Source of the DNA: Parvularia atlantis
Taxonomy: Eukaryota
DNA length: 20,000 nucleotides
Direction of reading: 5' to 3'
NCBI GenBank assembly: GCA_943704415.1
Contig: CALSCO010001666.1
Span: 49,545-69,544, forward strand
Shown here: in pieces, positions 13,675-20,000 of the stretch
Numbering within the stretch: position 1 is the stretch's first letter
Layout of the letters: every line of letters begins with the position of its first letter
Notes under the pieces: model-generated
Databases searched by the model: none
What the model saw: the letters and a program-made list of their open reading frames with translations, nothing else
Told to the model about the DNA's origin: nothing
Position numbers and translations under genes: made by a program

Positions 13675-15245
13675 ATGGCGCCGGGAGGAAGTGTGACAGC
13701 AAAGTCGCGAAGCGCACGCGCCGCGCTGCTGCTGCGCGCCTTTGCGGCGTGGGCCGCGTTCTCGGTCGTCGGCTTCCTGCCCGAGTTCTTCTTCCAGGTG
13801 CGCCTGTGCCTGCGTGTGACGTGCGGCGCAGCGCGGGGCCGACCGCGGCGGCGGCGGCGCCAGCTGTACGACGCGCTCGACCGTCTCGGCGTGATCTTCG
13901 AGCCCATTGCGGACCAGCCGCAGTCGGCGTGGGCGCTGGCCAACCACTTTGCGGGCTTTGCGGTGTTCCTATTCATGATCACGAACAAGAAGCGCTGGTG
14001 CAGCGTGCAGCGCGGCCCCGCGCTCGTCCGCTCACGGCGACGCGCCCCAGGCTCGTCATCCCCGTCGTGAGCACGGTCTGGTTCATGTGGCTGTGGCGGT
14101 GGTCGCAGCTGCCGCGCGAGTGGTGGTCGCTGGCGACGCACGTGCTCGGCTACCTGGTCATGGTCGTGGCACTGCTCATGGTCATGGGCGTGCTCTCGGG
14201 GCTCGTGTTCCTCTGGGTCGAGCTGCTCAGTTTCCTGCGCCAGCTGTGGATCTTCTACCCCGAGTGCGTGCGCGCCCGTGGGCGATCTGCGCCCCCGCTG
14301 CTGCTCACGGCCTGTGTGCGTGCGTGCGTGCGTGCGTGTGTGTGCGTGCGCTCGCTCAGGGTCAAGCACGAGCTGCGCAGCCATCCGCTGCTTGAGGCCG
14401 TCATTGTCTCTGCCAGCGGGCCCGGCGCGACCGCGACGCCGATGATGGTCATGGGCGCGGACGACGGCGCGGGCTCTGGCGGCACACCGCTGTCAGCCGC
14501 GTTATCGTCGGCGGCGTCGGCCGTGTCGTCGGTCGCGGCCGGTCAGCCTATGCGCAAGATCGTCACGGTCGACAAGGCCGACGACGTCGCGCGGTGCTTC
14601 CTCTGCCGCGACGCCGCCGTGGCCTACGTCGAGGTGTGCAGCGAGTGGGTCGCGCCGACGGCCGCAGGCGGCGATGGCGGCAGGCGCCTGCGCGTGTGCA
14701 CGCCGTTTGCGACGCTGCGCGAGGAGCACCACCGGCTGCGTGAGCAACTGCGCGCCGCGGCCGTATCGACCGCGCAGCTGCGCGCCGACCTGGACGCGAG
14801 CACGCGCACCGCGGGCGACCTGCGGCGGCAGATGCAGCAGCTCGTCGCCGAGCGGGCGGTGCTGCGAGCACGCCTCGATGCACCCGCACCTATACCCGCA
14901 CTTGCGCCCGCACTTGCGCTTGCACCAGCACCCGCACCCGCATCGGCAGAGCCGGTCGAGCCCGCGGCAGCCAGCAAGAAGGAGCGCGACGCCCGCTACC
15001 TCCTGACCGTCGTGGCGGCGCTCGAGGAGCAGCTGGCCGAGAGAGAGCTCGAGCTGCAGCGGCTGCTCGACGAGCTGCAGCGGCAAGCCGCGTCGGCCCA
15101 GGCGGTGCGCGACGAGTGGACCGCACAAGCACAGCGCACCGCCGAGGCGCACGCGCAGGCGCTGGCGTCGGCCACCGCACGCGTGAAGCAGCTCGAGCGC
15201 GAGCAGCAGCTGATGAGCTGGGTGGCCTCCAGTCTTTCTTTCTGA
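13675..15245 (+). CDS. Unknown protein: about 4 N-terminal TM helices, a Cys-containing segment and a C-terminal coiled coil; 3 introns
   Basis: MAPGGS...FFFQ|LYDALD...KKRW|LVIPVV...FYPE|VKHEL joins in frame through three GT-AG introns. Hydrophobic Trp-rich segments; heptad-rich E/Q/L/R C-terminus. TGA at 15243-15245. Confidence 0.75.
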
Positions 15246-15303
15246 CATATTCATTCGTACAACGACCTTGCTTTTGTTGTTGTCGCCGCCGCCCGCTAAT
15301 CGA

Positions 15304-16967
15304 TCAGTTGATTGTCTGCTTGAGCGCCCCGCTCTGCAGGCGCCGCAGGAGCTGCCACAGCGTCACCTGCTGCGCAATCTGCACCAGCGCCGCGAGGCCG
15401 CAGCCAATGCCGACGATGTACACGACGCTGACGGGCCCGATCACGTCCAGCAGCGAGCCCATGAGCGGCGGCATGACCATCACGCCGACGTTGGCGCCGA
15501 CGATGAAGAGCGACGACGCGGCGCCATTGACGTCGGTCCATTCTGATGCGCACACGGGGCTGTCAGCGTGCACTTGTGCGTGGGGCACGCGCGCGCACCC
15601 TCGGCGATCGAGATGCCGCCCGGGTACGTGCTGCCCATGGCCAGGCCGACCATGATCGTGCCGAGCCAGAGCGTGGCCGATGCGCCCGACGCCTGGCCCG
15701 CCGACGCCAGCGCGAGCGTGAGCAGGAGCAGGCCGACGGCCGAGGCGCAGGCCAGGAGCATGTTGCCGACGACCAGCAACGAGGTCTGGACCCTGGGGCG
15801 CGCGTGTCGAACGTTGTCACCGTGTCACGTCGCGCGCGCGCAAGCTCGCCGCCGCCGCACCAGCGCACGGCCTGCGTGCCCACGAGGCGCCCAGTCGTGA
15901 AACTCGCGTAAAACACGCTCGTTAGGATCACGGCGGCGTCGCCCGAGCTGGCGATCACGCCCGAGTCGATCGCAAACGTGTAGATGTAGCTGCCAAAGCC
16001 GATCTCACTGCCGGTGTACACGAGCAGGAAGAGCATGGTCATGGTGATGGTCACTGCCGCGTGCGCGCGCGCGTCAGCCGCACACTGCGCACGCAAAGCG
16101 AGCACCACGCGCACCGAGACGGATCGACCGGTTGCTGGACACGTCGGGCTTGGCGCCATCGGCGGCGTCGATCGCGAGCGTCATGCTCGACTGGCTCAGC
16201 CACTCGGTCCGCGCCAAGCGCTCGTACTGCGGGAAGGCGACCTCGAACAGGAGCAGCGCGACGACCGGCGTGCACGCGAGCGCGAGGCCCCAGAACGCCC
16301 ACGCGACGAGCGGGTTGGGCTCGGTGGCGTCGGGCGCGGTGATGAAGCCGAGGACGACGAGCGGGCCAACGACGGCGCCGATGCCGTACGACGCGTGCAG
16401 CAGCTGGAGGTAGCTGCGGCGCGCGGGTCACGAGGGGGCCGCTGGCTGCGTTGCGCGCCGGGGGCTACGCACGAGGCGATGTGCTCGCCCCGGTGCAGGC
16501 GGATCATCACGACCGTCACGACCGTCTCGATCACACCCTGCCGCCGCCGCGCGCGCGCACGTGGGTGTGCCTATGCTGGCGGGCGTGCATGCGCGCACCA
16601 GCAAGAGGCCCTGCGCGGCGGCCATCGCGAGCAGCGCGACGAGCGACGTGACGAGCGCAAACGCGCCGGTCGCAACAGCCGCGCCCACGACGACGCCCGC
16701 GAGCACCGCCGCGGCCGGCACGACCTCCAACACAGCGCCGCTCGCGACCGAGCCGACAATGTAGCCGGCCGAGCGCGTGGTGAAGAGCAGCGAGACCTGC
16801 GCCGAGGTCGCGTTCGTCTGGCGCTCGAGGTCGGGCAGCGTCGGCCCAATGCTGGCCAGCAGCACGCCGAGGGCGAAGAACGCGGCGCAGAACGTCGCCG
16901 TCAGCCGCACGACCGCGCCGGCCGGTCGGCGCGCGGCGATCAGCGGCGTCGACTCGTCCTCGTCCAG
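15304..16967 (-). CDS. Major facilitator superfamily transporter (MFSD4/fucose permease-like); start codon unresolved
   Basis: FFALGVLLASIGPTLPDL, LHASYGIGAVVGP, LVYTGSEIGFGSYIYTF, SVFYASFTTGRL, GLAMGSTYPG, GVMVMPPLMG. N-terminal DESTPLI dileucine-type motif. TGA at 15304-15306. The 5' coordinate given is an in-frame CTG. Confidence 0.85.
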
Positions 16968-16990
16968 CCTTGGATTTGCAAATATTTGCC

Positions 16991-17659
16991 ATGGCCGCGA
17001 TGCCACGACTCGCGCTGCGCTCGACCGCGTTCTTCCTGTGCGACGTGCAGGTGTGCGGCGGTCGAGGAGCGCTGACGAGGGGGGTGGCCCGCTGACGCGC
17101 CTAGACATCGGGTGCCCGCTCGCAGAGCAAGTTCCGTGCGGGCGTGCATCACTTTGAGCAGATCGTCGATGTCGCACAGCGGATGGTGCGGCAGGCCGAT
17201 GCGCGCGGCCGTGCACGTCAAGCCCACATCGACGCGCGCGCAGGTCGCCGCGAGCACGATCCTCAAGGTGCCGCTGATCGCCACCGAGCAGTACCCGCAG
17301 GGCCTGGGCAAGCTGGTCGAGGAGCTGCGCGTGCCGGCCGACGTGCCCGTCGTGGCCAAGACGACGTTCAGCATGCTCGTGCCGGAGGTCGTGGCGCAGA
17401 TGCGCCAGCACGAGGCCGCGCGGGAGGCGCGCATCCGCTCGGTAGTGCTCTTTGGCATCGAGGTGCGCGCGCCTCGCGCTCGCGGCCGCGCGCCGACGCC
17501 GAACGACGACCGCGCGCCCCAGGCACACGCCTGCGTCCAGGCCACGACGCTCGACCTGCGCCAGGAGGGCTACGACGTGCACGTGCTCGTCGACGGCGTC
17601 TCGTCGCGCTCGCCTCTGGACCGGAGTGTGGCGCTCGAGGTGCGTTGTGGCGTGTGTGT

Positions 17660-17698
<39 letters not shown>

Positions 17699-17857
17699 CG
17701 GTGCGGCTGACACGCAGAGCACCAGCGCATGCGCGACGCGGGCGCCGTGCTGACCACGACCGAGAGCGTCCTGCTCGAGCTGCTGCGCGACGCCAAGCAC
17801 CCGAGCTTCAAGGAGGTGCAGAAGCTGATCATGAAGCCGACGCCGATCCTCTCGTGA
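16991..17857 (+). CDS. Isochorismatase domain-containing protein (ISOC1/ISOC2-like); 4 introns
   Basis: [83 protein letters not shown]. Confidence 0.93.
17652..17696. repeat. (GT)n microsatellite with one interruption, in the last ISOC intron
   Basis: Directly visible. Confidence 0.97.
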
Positions 17858-18140
17858 TAGTGAGCCGCAACTGAGGAAGGTCCCGGGCTCACAGTCGAAA
17901 GTCATTCTGTACAAAGGGCGAGACGGTTGGGGGGAGGACGAGCGCCGGCAGCGGGTGTGGGGGGAGGAGGCTGCAGACGACACAGGACGCGCGGGCGCGC
18001 TTCGGGTTCGGGTGGGAGGACAGAAGAGGCTCTCTGCACGCAGCGCGGCCTGTGTTCAGCGGCACGCCCCAGGCGCGGCAAGGCGGCGCACGCACCGCGC
18101 CGGGTCGGGATGCCGTGCACAGCTTGCCCACATCGCGCGC

Positions 18141-19843
18141 TCACTTGGCGGCGCCCTCGGCGGCGGCAGCGGCCTGCTGCGCCTGCTGCGAGAACGCGCG
18201 CGGTCTGAGCAAGCTGCGACGGCAGGCCACCGCCGCGAGCGCGCACCTCGAGCTTGCGCTCGGCCGACAGGCGGCCGATCTTGACGACGATCGAGCGGCC
18301 CTCCATGTCTGAGCCGTTGACCTTGTTCATGCCGGCCTGCTGCTGCTCCTGGTTGGCGCACTCGACAAAGCCAAAGCCCTTGCTGCGGCCGAGCTTGTCG
18401 TGCACGACGTGCGCCGACTTGATCTGCACGCCCTCAAACTTGCCCGCGAGCGCCTCGTCGGTGACCGAGTACGGCAGATTGGTGACGAAGAGCATCGTCT
18501 GCGACGGGATCTGTCCACGAACGCCGCGTCGTCAGAGCCAGACAATCGAACACGCCTGCGCGCACACACAAACCTCGTCCTCGGGGCGCGGCTGGCGCGG
18601 GCGGCGGCCGGCCGGGCGGCGGCGGCGGCGCGGGCCACCCTCGCCGTCCTGCTGCTCGCCCTCGGGGCGGGGCTCGCGCGGCGGACGGGGCTCGCGCGGC
18701 TCACGCAGCTCGTTGGGGTCACGCCGCGGGCGGCGCGGGCTGCGGGGCGGCGCGGTGGTCAGCAGCCGTCGCAACGACGACAGCAACAGAGCACGCACCG
18801 GCGCTCGCGAGGCTCGCCGTTCTGCTCGCCACCGGTGCTGGCCGGCGGGGCCGCGGCATTGTCGTCGCCGCCCTGGGGCGCACGGCGACCGCGCGGTGGG
18901 CCGGTGCGGCGCGGCGCCGGCGCGGCACCGTTCTCGGTCACAATCACGGGCTTGGGCGAGTCGCCCTCGGGACGCTCGCGGCGCGGGCGCGGGGCGCGCT
19001 CACGGCGCGGCGGGCGGTCGCCCTCGCCCTCGGCACCCTCGCCACCGGCAGCGCCCTCGACCCTCGGTTTCCGCGGCTGGCGCGGCGGGCGCGGCGCCGC
19101 AGCCACCGCCGCCGGTGCGGCCTCGTTGCCGCCCTCGGCCGCCGGCGCAGCGCCGTCGCGGTTGCGGCGGCGGTTGTTGCGGCGTGGGCTACGTGTACGG
19201 GGCGTCCGTCAGTGATGCGCGCACGGCAGCAGCAGGCGGCCGCACCGAGGCGCGCGCTCGCCCTGCTCCTTGGCGAGCTCGACGCGGACCTTGCGGCCCG
19301 AGATGTCGCGCTCGTTCATGATCTCGACCGCCTTGCGCGCGTGGTCCTCAAAGTCGTACTCGACGAAGGCGAAGCCGAGCGGGCGGCGGCCGCGCGTGAC
19401 GATGATCGCGCTCTTGCTGCGCGCATGCGCCAGCCAGCCAGCCAGCCAGCCAGGGTCAGCGCGGAATCCGCCCTTGACACCACGTGTGACGCACACATCG
19501 CCGGCCTCGTTGAACGTCTTGCCGAGCTCGTCCGCGGTTACGGCGTACGACAGGTTGCCGACGTAGACGCGGAAGGCAGGGGCGTCGGCCTGCTGCGGGT
19601 GCGCGAAGGCGCGCACGCACGTGTTGGCGTGCGTGTGTCGGTTGTGCGCAATTGGCGCCACGCGTTCACCGGGCGTGATAGGGGGCCGCGGCATCCGCCC
19701 CCATCCGACCATCCGCACGCACGTCCCGTGCACCCGCACGCCCATCCACCCGGCCATCCACCCGGCCCACCCCTCGGCCGGGCCCGTGCGGCGCCCGCGA
19801 GACGACGTACCGGCGCGGGCGCGGGCGCGGTGGCAGCGGCCAT
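18141..19843 (-). CDS. Two-RRM RNA-binding protein with Arg/Pro/Glu/Gly-rich linker (Sbp1/Rnp24-like architecture); 6 coding introns
   Basis: MAAATAPAPAP, then an intron of about 217 nt. RRM1: RVYVGNLSY...LGFAFVEY. RRM2: LFVTNLPY...SKGFGFVEC...EGRSIVVKI. Ends EGAAK-TGA (18141-18143). Confidence 0.9.
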
Positions 19844-19931
19844 TGTCGCGATGGAGTATGTGCACGCAGATGGGAGTTGATAGCTAATCAGCGACACCGT
19901 GGGCTGTACATACGTCGTTTCCTGACCCCGC

Positions 19932-20000
19932 ATGCCCGACGCGACCAAGGCCTTTAACGCGCAGGAGGTGGCGCGGCACATGGAGGCCGGTGCGTGCGCG
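19932..20000 (+). CDS. Probable first exon of an unknown gene, running off the right edge
   Basis: ATG at 19932 reads MPDATKAFNAQEVARHMEA with GC3-rich codons, then a typical G|GTGCGT donor near 19990. Divergent from the RRM gene across 88 bp. Confidence 0.5.
   Translation, partial: MPDATKAFNAQEVARHMEAGACA

Noticed and set aside
17864..17930. Hammerhead-ribozyme-like CTGAGGA...CGAAA arrangement
   Set aside because: Stem II does not pair, and the expected UH cleavage site reads GG.
17925..18020. G-run cluster with G-quadruplex potential
   Set aside because: Irregular runs with long loops, expected at this GC content; the RRM mRNA strand is the C-rich one.
19428..19775. Short intronic repeats (GCCA)n and CCATCCACCCGG x2
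   Set aside because: Ordinary slippage repeats with no further structure.

Overview
This is GC-rich, extremely gene-dense eukaryotic genomic DNA. The gene set (NEDD4/Rsp5, PLEKHF2, Mlx/Max-type bHLH) suggests a unicellular opisthokont or close relative, but the taxon is an inference. Splicing by hand gives 10 complete and 2 partial protein-coding genes, split by roughly 80 short GT-AG introns (mostly 45-70 nt; donor GTGCG, branch CTGAC/CTCAC, no polypyrimidine tract). Gene order: NET1/ARHGEF3-like RhoGEF (partial, -), RhoGAP (+), C2-3xWW-HECT ligase (-), MIT-domain protein (-), bHLH-ZIP factor (+), Irc21/Ncb5or-type cytochrome b5 (+), PH-FYVE phafin (-), orphan TM/coiled-coil protein (+), MFS transporter (-), ISOC isochorismatase (+), two-RRM protein (-), start of an unknown gene (+). 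Most entries in the ORF track are GC-driven shadow ORFs or intron read-through. Highlights: (1) a head-to-head RhoGEF/RhoGAP pair shares an 85-bp promoter with CHR- and Myb-like motifs; (2) both tandem gene junctions are in frame, stop-free and separated by a single TGA (78-nt and 24-nt spacers); (3) two divergent start codons are only 12 bp apart; (4) the MFS gene has no nearby in-frame ATG; (5) splice donors carry C at position +4. Family calls come from recalled motifs, not database searches.
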